The translations under genes were made by a program, and so were the position numbers. A stretch of DNA of 32,000 nucleotides from Pyrococcus furiosus DSM 3638 (lineage in GTDB: Archaea; Methanobacteriota_B; Thermococci; Thermococcales; Thermococcaceae). Position 1 is the first letter of the stretch. Each line of letters begins with the position of its first letter. The stretch spans positions 707,318 to 739,317 of the forward strand of contig NC_003413.1 of the NCBI RefSeq assembly GCF_000007305.1, in the 5' to 3' direction. Below are positions 1-9,585 of this stretch, piece after piece. Below the pieces are notes generated by a model. The model was not told the origin of the DNA, searched no databases, and worked only from the letters and a program-made list of their open reading frames with translations.

Positions 1-423
1 GTATCCGTTGTCATAGGTGCCGACTGGAACCACTACTACGCCAACATGACGAGGTACTTCCCGATAGGCCAGATGAGCGAGAGGGCGAAAAACGCTATGG
101 ACGCGATGGAAGAAGCTTATGCCATCTCCGTCGAGAAAACGAGGCCCGGTGTGAGGTTTGCACAGGTGGAGCGGGAAATCCAGAAGCTCTACTCATCCAG
201 GGGGCTTGGGGAGTATTACATAACCGGCTACACCCACGGCGTCGGCCTTCTCATCGAAGAAGACCCGATAACGACCATAGTGGTTCCGCACAGGGCGATG
301 GAGGCCAAGGAGAACATGGTGCTGGCTATGGTTCACGCCCCGCTGATGATCCCCGAAGGGGCAGTAAAGAAGGAAGATACCTTCATACTGGGCAGAAAGC
401 TGGAGAACGTGACAAAGTATTAA
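1..423 (+). CDS. M24 family metallopeptidase (Xaa-Pro aminopeptidase/dipeptidase-like), C-terminal part; 5' end outside window
   Basis: Frame is open from base 1 (VSVVIGADWNHYYANMTRYF...); G-Y-x-H-G-V-G motif (TGYTHGVGLLIEEDP) typical of M24 enzymes; stop at 421-423. Confidence 0.85.
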   Translation, partial: VSVVIGADWNHYYANMTRYFPIGQMSERAKNAMDAMEEAYAISVEKTRPGVRFAQVEREIQKLYSSRGLGEYYITGYTHGVGLLIEEDPITTIVVPHRAMEAKENMVLAMVHAPLMIPEGAVKKEDTFILGRKLENVTKY

Positions 424-437
424 AAAGGCCGGGAAAC

Positions 438-1262
438 TCAGAAACTTCCGCTTCCAAGGCCGCATATCTTCGCGAACGGACAGATAGAGCAGTCTTCCGT
501 GTACGGCTCCAACGGCGGCTCTCCTTTGACTGCTTTCGTTATTTCCTTGGCCTTCTCCATGTTCTCGTCGTCCCCCTCAAGGACGAGGGTCACGCTCCCT
601 TCGGCCCCTCCAGCGCCTCCAGCGGCTATCGGTATCGCTTCAACACCTGCAAGAATCCTGTAAGCTTCTACCTCCGTAACCGGGTGCGCGTGAGGTATCG
701 GGACGAGCGCAGCGTAGAGCCCGGTTCCCCAGTTGAAGGAATAAATCCCGGTCAGCTTTGCGCTCTCCTTGACAGGAGTGGGCACGAACTTCTCAAGGCT
801 TATGGGCGTTATCGTGAAGACTCCCTTGGTTATCGTCCAGCCGAAGGTTTTCCCTATCGTTCCTCCATCGGGAGCCGCCGCAAAAACAGCGACGTTCCAG
901 TTTATGTCTATCGCGTTGCCACCCTTGATGAAAACGTCTTCCGGCCCCATCTCCTTCAGGGCCTCAAGAGGCTCCCCTTCGAAGAGCTTTCCCTTGTAGA
1001 GAACGAGGTGCTTTGGCCAGGTTGTCTTTGGAGTAACGCACGTCCTCCCCTTGCTTATCGTCCCCACCGTCCACTTCTCTTTCTCTATCTTCTCACCAAG
1101 AAGCTCCTCTGCTATGTAGGCCGCAGTCGTTCCGGTCGCTATGTAGATGAAGCCGTTCTTGAGTGCCTTCTGAACCTCATCCATCGCGACAACGGCTTTG
1201 GCTATCAAACGTTTGCTCTCTGAAGGTGTCAGAGTAACGAGGGCCCTCTGCATGAGAATCAC
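438..1262 (-). CDS. Conserved hypothetical protein, about 270 aa, with a C-terminal Cys motif (CSICPFAKICG)
   Basis: Long intact ORF with glycine-rich segments and C-terminal CxxCxxxxxC; function not recognised. Confidence 0.75.
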   Translation of the reverse strand: MILMQRALVTLTPSESKRLIAKAVVAMDEVQKALKNGFIYIATGTTAAYIAEELLGEKIEKEKWTVGTISKGRTCVTPKTTWPKHLVLYKGKLFEGEPLEALKEMGPEDVFIKGGNAIDINWNVAVFAAAPDGGTIGKTFGWTITKGVFTITPISLEKFVPTPVKESAKLTGIYSFNWGTGLYAALVPIPHAHPVTEVEAYRILAGVEAIPIAAGGAGGAEGSVTLVLEGDDENMEKAKEITKAVKGEPPLEPYTEDCSICPFAKICGLGSGSF

Positions 1263-1324
1263 CTCGTTAAAATTTACCTCTCACTCTTATTAAAATTGTG
1301 AAAAAGGCGGAAAAAGCAGGGGCC

Positions 1325-1678
1325 TCAAAGCGATTCAATAGCGGCTTTAACGTCCTCAAGCGGCTCTTTGATGACCTCAACTATGTCGTCGGCAGTGTTT
1401 ATTGCGATGTAAGTTTCTCTACCCTTCTCGTATAGGAGCACTGGGCAGGGAGCGAAGGAGCCAATCTCGTACTCGACCTTGGTCATCTCGTAGAACTTCT
1501 TCGGGTTGCAGACATAGAGAATCTTGTAAGGTTCCATCTCAACGCCAAGCTTTGCCTTAACCACGTCGCTCGGCGTGAACTCAAGCACTACCTTATAGCC
1601 CTTCTCCTCAAGCCTTGCCTTAAGCTTCTCCTCGGCCTCCTTCAAGGACATTTCAACTTTTCTCCTGTACCTGAACAT
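1325..1678 (-). CDS. DUF302-family protein
   Basis: 117 aa ORF with YKILYVCNPKKFYEM...FAPCPVLLYEKG...YIAINT, the DUF302 pattern. Confidence 0.75.
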   Translation of the reverse strand: MFRYRRKVEMSLKEAEEKLKARLEEKGYKVVLEFTPSDVVKAKLGVEMEPYKILYVCNPKKFYEMTKVEYEIGSFAPCPVLLYEKGRETYIAINTADDIVEVIKEPLEDVKAAIESL

Positions 1679-1691
1679 TCAACCACCCCCC

Positions 1692-3002
1692 TCAAAGTTT
1701 TGAGAGCGATTCGAAGAGCGCACTCCACAACTTCAGCGGCGTAATTTCGGTCAGCATGAGAATCCCAAGGACTATGAGGACAACGCCGAGGGTTACCTCC
1801 CACTTTGCACTCCTTGAAGCCCCCAGCGACAGCTTGTTAGAGAGGAACTTCCTGTTGACCCACTCTGCGAGATCTTTCGAGGATGTGAGGAGATAAACCG
1901 TGAGACCCATCCCGAGGCCGTACGTGCCCATAACCACGACTCCACTTAGGATGTCTCCACTAAGGGCCGCTGTGAGGACTGCAAAGCCCACGTAGGGAGC
2001 TATACATCCCAACCAAGTTGCCCCGAGGGCAGAGCCGAGGGCGAAGTCATAGATAAGGCCGCTCTTTTTTAAGACCCTGTCCGAGAGCGAGAAGCTCAAG
2101 ATGCGCTCAAGCCCTGTCCTGACGTCCTCGCTGATGAAGCTGAGGCCGACTACTATGAAGCCCGCTCCGCCGATTAGGTATAGCGCCCCCTGGATTCTCG
2201 AAGCATACTCCCCGAGACTACCAACGAGGGCACCGAGGAGGGCAAACGAAGCTACCATTCCCGTTACTATGGCCTCCACGCTCCTCTTTGCAAAGGTGAG
2301 CGAGAGCGTGCCCACGATTATAGGGAGGACGCAGGGAGAGAACACGCTCACGATTCCCGCGGAAAATATGGGAAGGAGAACGGCAAGACTCAGGTTTGTG
2401 TTGAGGTTCTCCTCCGAAGCTCCCTTTTCTGCCATCTCGCTTTGAGTGCCTGTACTCTCTGTAGGGCTTTGCAGATCGTCTCCTATAGCAGTCTTTACGA
2501 AAAATTCAAGGCCATCGGGGTTCAGCGCCCCAACGGCCACTCCCTTAAGAACCTTCGTCCCGTTAACAACTTTGAATATAACCATCGTTGGCGTTCCGGG
2601 AACCCCGACGCTGATCTCTTCCCCTGGCTTCTTGGGCGTGTAGTAGCCGAAGTTGTCTGGCTGAAGCACGATAACCTTATCCTCCACGCGGTAGCGGAGC
2701 GTCGTTATCTCCCTCCCCCTGTAAACGTCAACCGCCACCAAGTTCAGGCTTTTGAGAGCCTGTTTGGCCTTCTCCGTCGGGAAAACGCTCTCCTTCATAT
2801 AGCTACACGCGGGACAGCTCTCGGAGTGGTAGAAGATGAAGAAGTACTCTCCCTCGTGGGCGGATATCAGGGAATTGAGCTCTTCCTCGGTCGAAACGTC
2901 GTGGAACTTTAGCCCTCCGTAGGAGACCTCTCTCCCAGTAACGAGGCCTGCAAAGAGCAGTAAAACGATAAATGTTAGAAGCGCCCTCCTCACCCTGTTC
3001 AC
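1692..3002 (-). CDS. Thioredoxin-fold domain fused N-terminally to a CcdA/DsbD-like transmembrane electron-transfer domain
   Basis: 436 aa: signal/TM, YHSESCPACSYMKESVF redox motif, then polytopic region FSPCVLPIIVGTLSL...LGATWLGCIAPYVGF typical of CcdA. Confidence 0.85.
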   Translation of the reverse strand: MNRVRRALLTFIVLLLFAGLVTGREVSYGGLKFHDVSTEEELNSLISAHEGEYFFIFYHSESCPACSYMKESVFPTEKAKQALKSLNLVAVDVYRGREITTLRYRVEDKVIVLQPDNFGYYTPKKPGEEISVGVPGTPTMVIFKVVNGTKVLKGVAVGALNPDGLEFFVKTAIGDDLQSPTESTGTQSEMAEKGASEENLNTNLSLAVLLPIFSAGIVSVFSPCVLPIIVGTLSLTFAKRSVEAIVTGMVASFALLGALVGSLGEYASRIQGALYLIGGAGFIVVGLSFISEDVRTGLERILSFSLSDRVLKKSGLIYDFALGSALGATWLGCIAPYVGFAVLTAALSGDILSGVVVMGTYGLGMGLTVYLLTSSKDLAEWVNRKFLSNKLSLGASRSAKWEVTLGVVLIVLGILMLTEITPLKLWSALFESLSKL

Positions 3003-3054
3003 CTAAACTGCCTTTTCCCAGGGCTTAAAAAGGCTTTTTTTGAAGCGTTTTTCA

Positions 3055-3384
3055 TTAAAATGTCATCGGAACGTAGTCCTTCTCAAGGTATTTTGCTATG
3101 ATTTTTCCGACGTACTCTATTTTGGCATATCTCTGCAGAGAAACCTCAAACCCCTCAAGCTCTGCGATTCTCTTGCAGGCTATCGGGAATTTTCCAAGCT
3201 CTTTAAGCTTCTCAATCCATGGAAGGAAGCGCTCATCCCCATTAGCTATCGCTCTCTCTATAGGACCGAAGAGTATAACCTCAACATCTTCAACCCATCT
3301 GTGCTTAATTGCATTCACTGCCCACATGAAGCCCGGTAAGGCACTCTCGTTGTCGCTTGATATTATAACCAATACTTTGACCAT
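3055..3384 (-). CDS. DsrE-family protein
   Basis: MVKVLVIISSDNESALPGFMWAVNAIKHRWVEDVEVILFGPIERAI...: DsrE/peroxiredoxin-like fold pattern; immediately follows the 72-aa Cys-rich protein. Confidence 0.6.
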   Translation of the reverse strand: MVKVLVIISSDNESALPGFMWAVNAIKHRWVEDVEVILFGPIERAIANGDERFLPWIEKLKELGKFPIACKRIAELEGFEVSLQRYAKIEYVGKIIAKYLEKDYVPMTF

Positions 3385-3386
3385 CT

Positions 3387-3605
3387 TTACTCCTCCAGGG
3401 CCTTTATCAACTCCTCGAAGCTCCCGACAGATATCTCCTTTTCTCCCGCTATGACGTTTATATTACCACAACCGTACTTTGCGCAGAGTCCTATGCACTC
3501 CTCAATGCTTACCTTGTATCCCTTCTCTTTGAGGAGCTTCACAACGTCATCGAGTCTCTCTCCGGCGCAAAACTTGCACACCTTAGCCTCCATTAGTATC
3601 ACCAA
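3387..3605 (-). CDS. Small Cys-rich protein (72 aa), putative redox/sulfur relay
   Basis: VCKFCAGERLDDVVKLL...CIGLCAKYGCG; tight spacing with the DsrE-like gene. Confidence 0.6.
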   Translation of the reverse strand: MVILMEAKVCKFCAGERLDDVVKLLKEKGYKVSIEECIGLCAKYGCGNINVIAGEKEISVGSFEELIKALEE

Positions 3606-3750
3606 TCTGTGCTTAATGAAGCAGACTTATGGCTCTTATCCTTTTCAAAATGGAAAAATTCTCCTGGGAAAGCTTGACACTCCTGCTCCATGTAAGGTCC
3701 TCCAAGAACTTTTTAAGACAAATCAGTGGAAAATAATTCTGGTGATACCC

Positions 3751-3945
3751 GTGCCGATGGTGATAATTGAGGGCCCAAAGGCAGATGTTGAGACAAAGAG
3801 GGAGCTCGTAAGGAGGATAACCGAGGTTGTTAGAGAAGTCTACAAGGTCCACCACGTGAGCGTCATAATCCATGAGAACGAGACGGAAAACGTTGGCTAC
3901 GATGGCGAGCTTCTCTCAGACATAATAGCGAGGAGAAGGGGGGTA
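3751..3945 (+). CDS. 4-oxalocrotonate tautomerase family protein, possible 3' frameshift
   Basis: GTG start at 3751 after GGTGAT (3741-3746) gives (M)PMVIIEGPKADVETKRELVRRITEVV..., with the catalytic-type Pro directly after the initiator Met. Annotated ORF runs on to 4134 antisense to the MATE gene; removing one G from G6 (3938-3943) gives an immediate TAA. Confidence 0.65.
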
Positions 3946-3957
3946 AGCCCCTTCCCT

Positions 3958-5343
3958 TTACCTTTTACCCCCTGTAGCGGAGGTTTTCTTCAAAGCGCTT
4001 ATCCTCATCCGACCCCACAGGAATCCAACGATAGCAGCAACCATGTTTCCAATTACTATTCCAATCCACACTCCCCTGAGGCCCAGGGTCGTGTAGTGGA
4101 CGAAGATGTAGGCAAAGCCTACCTGCATCACTAGCGTCCTGAATATTGTGAGGATTAGGGACTTCTCGCCCTCCCCTATGCCCTGGAACATCGCCGAAGT
4201 CATCATTCCGAAGGGCGTGAGGACGAGAAAGACCGGGAGGGTTCTTAGAGCGCTTATGAGATCTCCCTTTATCACCTGGGCAGATTCCGAGTACGTGAAG
4301 AGGTATGCCACCTGGGGCGCGAAGAGCATTATGAATGCAACAACGGCAAGCTCTATCATGAAGGCGATCTTGATGGCATAGAGATAGGCAGTTTCAAGCT
4401 TCTCTACGTTTCTCTCCCCGTAGGCCGCTCCAGTGACGGATGTGGTCGCGGCCGCCATTCCGAGTATTGGAACTATGCCGAGCATCGTGATTCTCCACGC
4501 GCTCGTGAAGACTGCAACTCCGTTCTCCCCTCCAGCAGTTATGGCGACGCTGTTGAGGAAGAACATCGCTATGGACATCGAGAGCTGGGAGAGCGAGGAA
4601 GGCAGGCCAACCCGGAGGATGTCCTTTAGGATCTCCCTACTCGGTGAGAAGTCTCTAAGGGTTATGTCCACGTAGGTGTCCCGTTTTACGAAGAGCCAGT
4701 AGGCGATGAAGAGAGAGGTCACCACCATGGAGAGCAGCGTCGCGTAGGCCGCTCCGACGACGCCAAAGCCGAGGGTGTAGATAAATATCGGGTCAAGGAC
4801 TATGTTGAGGCCCGAGCCGAGCACCATAGCTAACATGGCCCTGTTGGCGTCTCCCTCTCCCCTAAGGATGCCGTTGCCGACGTTGTTGAAGACTATGATG
4901 AACGCCCCGGCAAGGAGAACCCTAGCATACTCTATGGCCAGCTCGACGGCTTCTCCTTTTGCGCCCATGGAGCGGAAGAGGGAATCTATAGCCGGGAGCA
5001 TTGTGATAGTTATCGTAACTCCAAGGATGAGGGAGAGGATGAGGGAATGGACGGCAACGTTGTCAGCTCCTTCCTTGTCCCTCGCGCCTATCCTTCTCGC
5101 TATCGCGGAGCTCGTGCCCACTCCCAGGCCGGCAGCGAGCGCTATTATGCCCATGAAGACCGGGAAGAAGAGGCCGACAGCCGCAAGCGATTCCGGGCCT
5201 AGGCCCGAGACCCATATTCCATCGGCGAGGTTGTATAGGGTCTGAACCGACATGCCTATCATCATGGGAATCGAGAGCCTGACTATGGCCTTTTTGGGGT
5301 CGCCCCTCAAAAGCTGGACGCCCTTGGTGGTTTTTTCACTCAT
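3958..5343 (-). CDS. MATE family efflux transporter
   Basis: 461 aa, 12-TM-like; LSIPMMIGMSVQTLYNLADGIWVSGLGPESLAAVGL and central repeat VGLPSSLSQLSMSIAMFFLN. Confidence 0.9.
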   Translation of the reverse strand: MSEKTTKGVQLLRGDPKKAIVRLSIPMMIGMSVQTLYNLADGIWVSGLGPESLAAVGLFFPVFMGIIALAAGLGVGTSSAIARRIGARDKEGADNVAVHSLILSLILGVTITITMLPAIDSLFRSMGAKGEAVELAIEYARVLLAGAFIIVFNNVGNGILRGEGDANRAMLAMVLGSGLNIVLDPIFIYTLGFGVVGAAYATLLSMVVTSLFIAYWLFVKRDTYVDITLRDFSPSREILKDILRVGLPSSLSQLSMSIAMFFLNSVAITAGGENGVAVFTSAWRITMLGIVPILGMAAATTSVTGAAYGERNVEKLETAYLYAIKIAFMIELAVVAFIMLFAPQVAYLFTYSESAQVIKGDLISALRTLPVFLVLTPFGMMTSAMFQGIGEGEKSLILTIFRTLVMQVGFAYIFVHYTTLGLRGVWIGIVIGNMVAAIVGFLWGRMRISALKKTSATGGKR

Positions 5344-5382
5344 TCTTCTCCCCCAGTCCTTTTATGGCCTTTCTCAGTAGCT

Positions 5383-5763
5383 TTACAAAACAATCCTTTC
5401 ATCTACACTCATTTCGGCGAAAATCTTTTCATCAAGCTCCTTTCCAGCCTTTGATATTTCTTCGAGCAACTCAAGGCCTTTATTTGTGAGCCTTACCAGG
5501 TAGGTCTTCCCCCTGCGCTCCCTCTCAACAATACCTTTATTTTCAAGAGAGCGGAGAACCTTTGAGGCGGTCGCTTTGGAGACCTTCATGTTTTTTAAAA
5601 GCTACGCCCTGGGTTTTAGCCCTCTCCGAGGTGGATAAGGGCCTTAAACTCCAGGAAGGTTATCCCGATTTTTTCAAGCCTCCCTTCGAAGGCTTTTCGC
5701 ATGAGCCAGTAGAGCTCCGAAATCAGGTCGCAGGGTCTTTCGCTTTTCTGCATGAGTTTCAAT
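5383..5763 (-). pseudogene. MarR-family transcriptional regulator, disrupted
   Basis: Two minus-strand ORF pieces join as ...RKAFEGRLEKIGITFLEFKALIHLGEG/LKPRA*LLKNMKVSKATASKVLRSLENKGIVERERRGKTYLVRLT; one frameshift plus an in-frame TAG. Confidence 0.65.
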
Positions 5764-5835
5764 TGAAACCCATGACTTAAAAGTGTTTCTCCAAAGTCCT
5801 CCGCCAGGCTTATAAACCAGTTCTTACACAGGCGC

Positions 5836-6924
5836 TTCGGTGGTGCAGGAAAGCTCACGGAACTGGTCAGGCGTGAATGGTTTCTCTCACTCCTTGTAGC
5901 CCTTTATGTTGCCCTCTCTATAGTCGATCCCTCCCTCATATCGAACACGCCGCGCTTTATTGACTGGGAAAGCCTGACCTTCATAATGGTCCTCCTCCTC
6001 ACGAGCCGGGCCATTGAGCTCTCGGGAGCTTTCGAATGGGCATCCCTGAAGGCCCTGAAGTTCCCAGGCGGTTCGGAGAGAAGACTTCTCGCACTCTTCA
6101 TCCTCGTAATAGCAGTTTCGTCGGCCATCATAATGAACGACACCGCGATGTTCGTCTTCGTACCGATAGTAGCCATGACGGCGAGGGCCGCAGGGGTGAA
6201 CGTTGCCAAGGCCACAGCCCTCTCAGCCGGTTCCCCCTTACTCCCATGGGCAATCCCCAGAACGTCATCATCTGGCAGACTTACAAACTCGGATTTTTCG
6301 AGTTTGTGTCCTCGATGGCCCCCCCTTCGTGGCTCTCTGGCTGGCTCTTCTCTTACCCTACGTTCTCATAGTCAAAAAGAGGCCCTAAGAAGCCCGCGAG
6401 GAACTCACGATGCACGTCGATAAACCCCTCCCTGCCCTCTCAACGGATCTCCTCGTCCTCAACGTCCTCTTTGCGGAGCTCCACATACAGTACGTGGGAC
6501 TTGCCCTCACGCTAACCTTGGTTTTCCTCTTCGGAAGAAGAGCTTTCTTTGGCTTCGACTGGGCGCTGATACTCACGTTTGCTCTCATCTTCGTGGACTT
6601 CCGGGAACTGTCCATCCTGCTTTCAAAGGTAGGCATCCTTCTCCCGAGGAAAGGAGTGGAGCTCATGCTCTTCTCAGCGGGCATAAGTCAGGTTATCAGC
6701 AACGTTCCGGCCACGGTTCTCCTGCTTCCCTCCGAGCATGAATGGCTCCCCTCTCCCTTGGCGTTAACCTCGGGGGAAACGGAATAATAGTGGGCTCGCT
6801 CGCGAACCTGATAGCCGTGAGGATTGCAGGGGTGAGTATAAAGGACTTTCAGAGGTACTCTCTCCCCTACTTTTTCTTGTCCACGGCAGCAACCGCCGTT
6901 GCTCTTATCCTCATCCCCTTTTGA
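5836..6924 (+). pseudogene. ArsB/NhaD-type (ion transporter superfamily) membrane transporter, multiply disrupted
   Basis: Fragments in successive frames: ...MVLLLTSRAIELSGAFEWASLKAL..., LTPMGNPQNVIIWQTYKLGFFEFVSSMAP, FVALWLALLLPYVLIVKKRP*EAREELTMHVDKPLP, ISQVISNVPATVLLLPSEHEWLP, LSLGVNLGGNGIIVGSLANLIAVRIAG. Three frameshifts and one TAA (6386-6388). Confidence 0.75.
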
Positions 6925-7032
6925 GGGGCCAGCAATCAAAAGCATCGAGATCAAGTCGGGGATTTGCCTTTCAGTATGCGTGATCTTGAGAAAACCCTAT
7001 TAACCCTGCCGGTGAAATTAAAAGGGGATATT

Positions 7033-7497
7033 ATGAAAACGCTCGTCGTTTTCTATTCCCGAAGCGGGACCACTAAGAGAGTGGCTCAAGAGCTCGCGAA
7101 AGCCCTTGGTGCCGACATCGATGAGGTTATAGACAAGAAGTCCCGTAAAGGCATCCTGGGATTTCTTAGAGCTGGTTATGATGCTACGAGAGGCAGGACT
7201 ACTAGAATTGAGTTCACAAAAGATCTCTCAGAATATGACGTGGTTATTATAGGGACTCCGGTATGGAACGGACGAGTAACACCGGCAATTAGGACATATC
7301 TTCTGGAGAATAGAGAAAATATAAAACAAGCTATTTTCTTCGCAACATGTGCTGGGAGACCTGGGAAATGTCTTAAACAGATGGAAGAGATATATGGGGG
7401 CAAAGTCCTCTTAAGGAAGGTCCTCCTAAGAAAAGAACTAGAAAAAGGAATAGAAGAGTTGAAGAGGAATATTGAAAATCCTTATCTTTTGTTGTGA
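7033..7497 (+). CDS. Flavodoxin family protein
   Basis: MKTLVVFYSRSGTTKRVAQELAKALGADIDEV...VVIIGTPVWNGRVTPAIRTYL; internal ATG at 7033 preferred over 6964. Confidence 0.9.
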   Translation: MKTLVVFYSRSGTTKRVAQELAKALGADIDEVIDKKSRKGILGFLRAGYDATRGRTTRIEFTKDLSEYDVVIIGTPVWNGRVTPAIRTYLLENRENIKQAIFFATCAGRPGKCLKQMEEIYGGKVLLRKVLLRKELEKGIEELKRNIENPYLLL

Positions 7498-7763
7498 TTA
7501 AGCCAATTAAGCCCCAGGAGATTATTGCAGTTGTTGATAGGACTATGGCCACAATTTGTCTACTACTCAGTAGCTTTCCGGAGAATGTTTTCAAGCAAGT
7601 CCTTTTCTTTTGTATCTTTCTCCTCCTTCCGAAGAAGGGGGTTCAAAAATATTAACAAAGAAATCAAAATCAGGTGTCCCAACTTCCGTGTTCATATATT
7701 TTCCTTCCCTATGGACCGTCTATACTTCAGACAAAGTAAAGAAGACTCAAAAGTACAGGATTC

Positions 7764-8309
7764 TCATTTGAATCTTTTTCCGAACTCATTATAACTTACT
7801 TTCTCCCACTCAAAGACTTCATTCCCATGAGGTGGCTTATCCTCTGCTGGATAACCTACTCCAATTATACACAGTACTCGGTAGTTTTCGGGAATGTTCA
7901 ACAGTTCCCTTACATACTCTTCAGCCGTTTTGGTTTCATTGTGCATTCTATTCCTTATCTGAACCCAAAAAGAGGCAAGGCCTAGAGCATAAGAAGCTAG
8001 GTGAATATGTTCTGCTGCAATACTTGCATCCTCAATCCACACATCACTTTTGCTCTCATCAGCTGTAACAACTATTGCTACAGGGGCAGTTTTTAGTCCT
8101 GAAGCTCCAAGTTTAGATTTAGACAGGGCCTCAAGCTTTTCCCTGTCATCAACAACTATGAAGTGGCAAGGTCTTTTATTGTAAGAGCTTGGAGAGAGGA
8201 AAGCCGCCTCAAGGAGTTTTTCTATAAGTTCTCTTGGTACAGGTTTATCTTGAAAGCGTCTTATGCTCCGCCTCTTTTTGAGTACTTCAAAGAACTCCAT
8301 CTTCACCAC
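7764..8309 (-). CDS. Nitroreductase family protein
   Basis: EVLKKRRSIRRFQDKPVPRELIEKLLEAAFLSPSSYNKRPCHFIVV...ASYALGLASFWVQIR. Confidence 0.9.
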   Translation of the reverse strand: MVKMEFFEVLKKRRSIRRFQDKPVPRELIEKLLEAAFLSPSSYNKRPCHFIVVDDREKLEALSKSKLGASGLKTAPVAIVVTADESKSDVWIEDASIAAEHIHLASYALGLASFWVQIRNRMHNETKTAEEYVRELLNIPENYRVLCIIGVGYPAEDKPPHGNEVFEWEKVSYNEFGKRFK

Positions 8310-8361
8310 CGCTAAGATTTATAGCATAACGATTATAAGACTTTTTGAGAACCGATAGACT

Positions 8362-9198
8362 ATGATAGGGTGGATTGGTCTAGGACACATAGGTAGAGCC
8401 ATGGCGGAGAGGTTATCAGAGGAGTATGAACTTCTTGTTTGGAATAGAACAATAGAGAAAGCTAACGGATTCAAAACTGTCGCTAGAACCCCAGAAGAAG
8501 TTGCTGAAAAATGTGATGTGATTTTTCTCTCCCTCTACGACAGCGAGGCAGTGCGGCAAGTTTCCGAGAGACTTCTTAGTGTTAATCTTAGAGGAAAGAT
8601 AATCGTAGATACTACAACGAACCATCACGAGAAAGTCTTGGAGTTCCATGAAATATATAGGAACGTTGGAGCTTTCTACCTCGAAAGCCCTGTTATTGGG
8701 AGCGTCATTCCGGCGAGAAACGGCCAACTGACGATTCTCGTAAGTGGGGAAAGAGAGGCCTTTGAGAGAGTTCGTCCATACCTTCAGAAGCTTGGAAAAA
8801 GGATATTTTACTTTAATGAACCTGGGAAGGCTACTAAGCTTAAGCTAATAAACAACTTTGTGCTTGGAGCCTTCATGGCTGCACTCGGTGAGGCGATAGC
8901 TCTAGGTGAAAAAGCAGGACTATCAAGGGAAGAAATTATAGAAATCCTTGAGAATGGGGCTGGCAATTCAATGGTATTGAGTGCAAAAAAGACTAAGCTT
9001 CTCAATGATGACTACTCGACGCACTTCTCCGTGAAGAACCTCGTCAAGGATCTTTCTTACGCTTACGACTTAGCTGTGGCCTCGAGAAAAGCAGTACCAC
9101 TTAATGCAACGGTGAGGGAGATTTACAGGCTTGCTTTTGAGAAAGGTCTTGAGGAGCTCGACTTTTCGGTGGTGTACAGGCTATTCAGGGAGCTTTAA
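8362..9198 (+). CDS. NAD(P)-dependent beta-hydroxyacid dehydrogenase family protein (3-hydroxyisobutyrate/glyoxylate reductase-like)
   Basis: N-terminal IGWIGLGHIGRAMAERL nucleotide-binding motif; TTTNHHEK, ESPVIGSVIPARNGQLTILVSG; LKLINNFVLGAFMAALGEAIAL. Confidence 0.85.
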   Translation: MIGWIGLGHIGRAMAERLSEEYELLVWNRTIEKANGFKTVARTPEEVAEKCDVIFLSLYDSEAVRQVSERLLSVNLRGKIIVDTTTNHHEKVLEFHEIYRNVGAFYLESPVIGSVIPARNGQLTILVSGEREAFERVRPYLQKLGKRIFYFNEPGKATKLKLINNFVLGAFMAALGEAIALGEKAGLSREEIIEILENGAGNSMVLSAKKTKLLNDDYSTHFSVKNLVKDLSYAYDLAVASRKAVPLNATVREIYRLAFEKGLEELDFSVVYRLFREL

Positions 9199-9328
9199 TC
9201 TCCTTTCATATTTTTAAATAAATAACGTAGAGGGACTAGTATTCTTGGAGGTTAAGAAGTTTATTTCCTCCGTAAACTAGAAAATTGATTCAAAAGACCT
9301 AGAAATTTTAGGGTAGAGAGTGATCTCA

Positions 9329-9582
9329 TGGATGAGTGCAACTTCAGGATACATAAGAGTGTCCCTGTGGCGATGAAGATTGGAAAGTATAACTTCCCGG
9401 AAGAAGTGAGAGATATATGACTCCCTCTGCCAGCTCCTCGACCTTATCTGGAGTTCTTTGACTCAAGCTCGAGCCTGCTAGATAAATGGTATCATGCAGA
9501 AAGGTTTATTGGGACTGTTGTCTCTATGGCAAGAAGGGTTACAGCTGTCCCGCTCCGGTTATTTCTAGGGGTTGGGGGTGAG
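9329..9582 (+). pseudogene. Degraded small gene of unknown function
   Basis: MDECNFRIHKSVPVAMKIGKYNFPEEVRDI*LPLPAPRPYLEFFDSSSSLLDKWYHAERFIG then, after a one-base shift, DCCLYGKKGYSCPAPVISRG; in-frame TGA at 9418-9420. Confidence 0.4.
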
Positions 9583-9585
9583 TAG

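Noticed and set aside
684-1223. 179-aa plus-strand ORF opposite the 438..1262 gene
   Set aside because: Low-complexity, Arg-rich antisense shadow of a high-GC coding gene; no start context or recognisable motif.
5383-5763. In-frame TAG in the MarR-like gene considered as pyrrolysine recoding
   Set aside because: It lies in the HTH region beside a frameshift, and Pyl machinery is not expected in this lineage.
7373-7794. Short overlapping ORFs on both strands between flavodoxin and nitroreductase
   Set aside because: No conserved motif, AT-rich intergenic composition; not enough to call genes.
9418-9420. In-frame TGA considered as possible selenocysteine codon
   Set aside because: Thermococcales are not known to use selenocysteine, no SECIS-like hairpin was evident by eye, and a frameshift follows; treated as a degraded gene.
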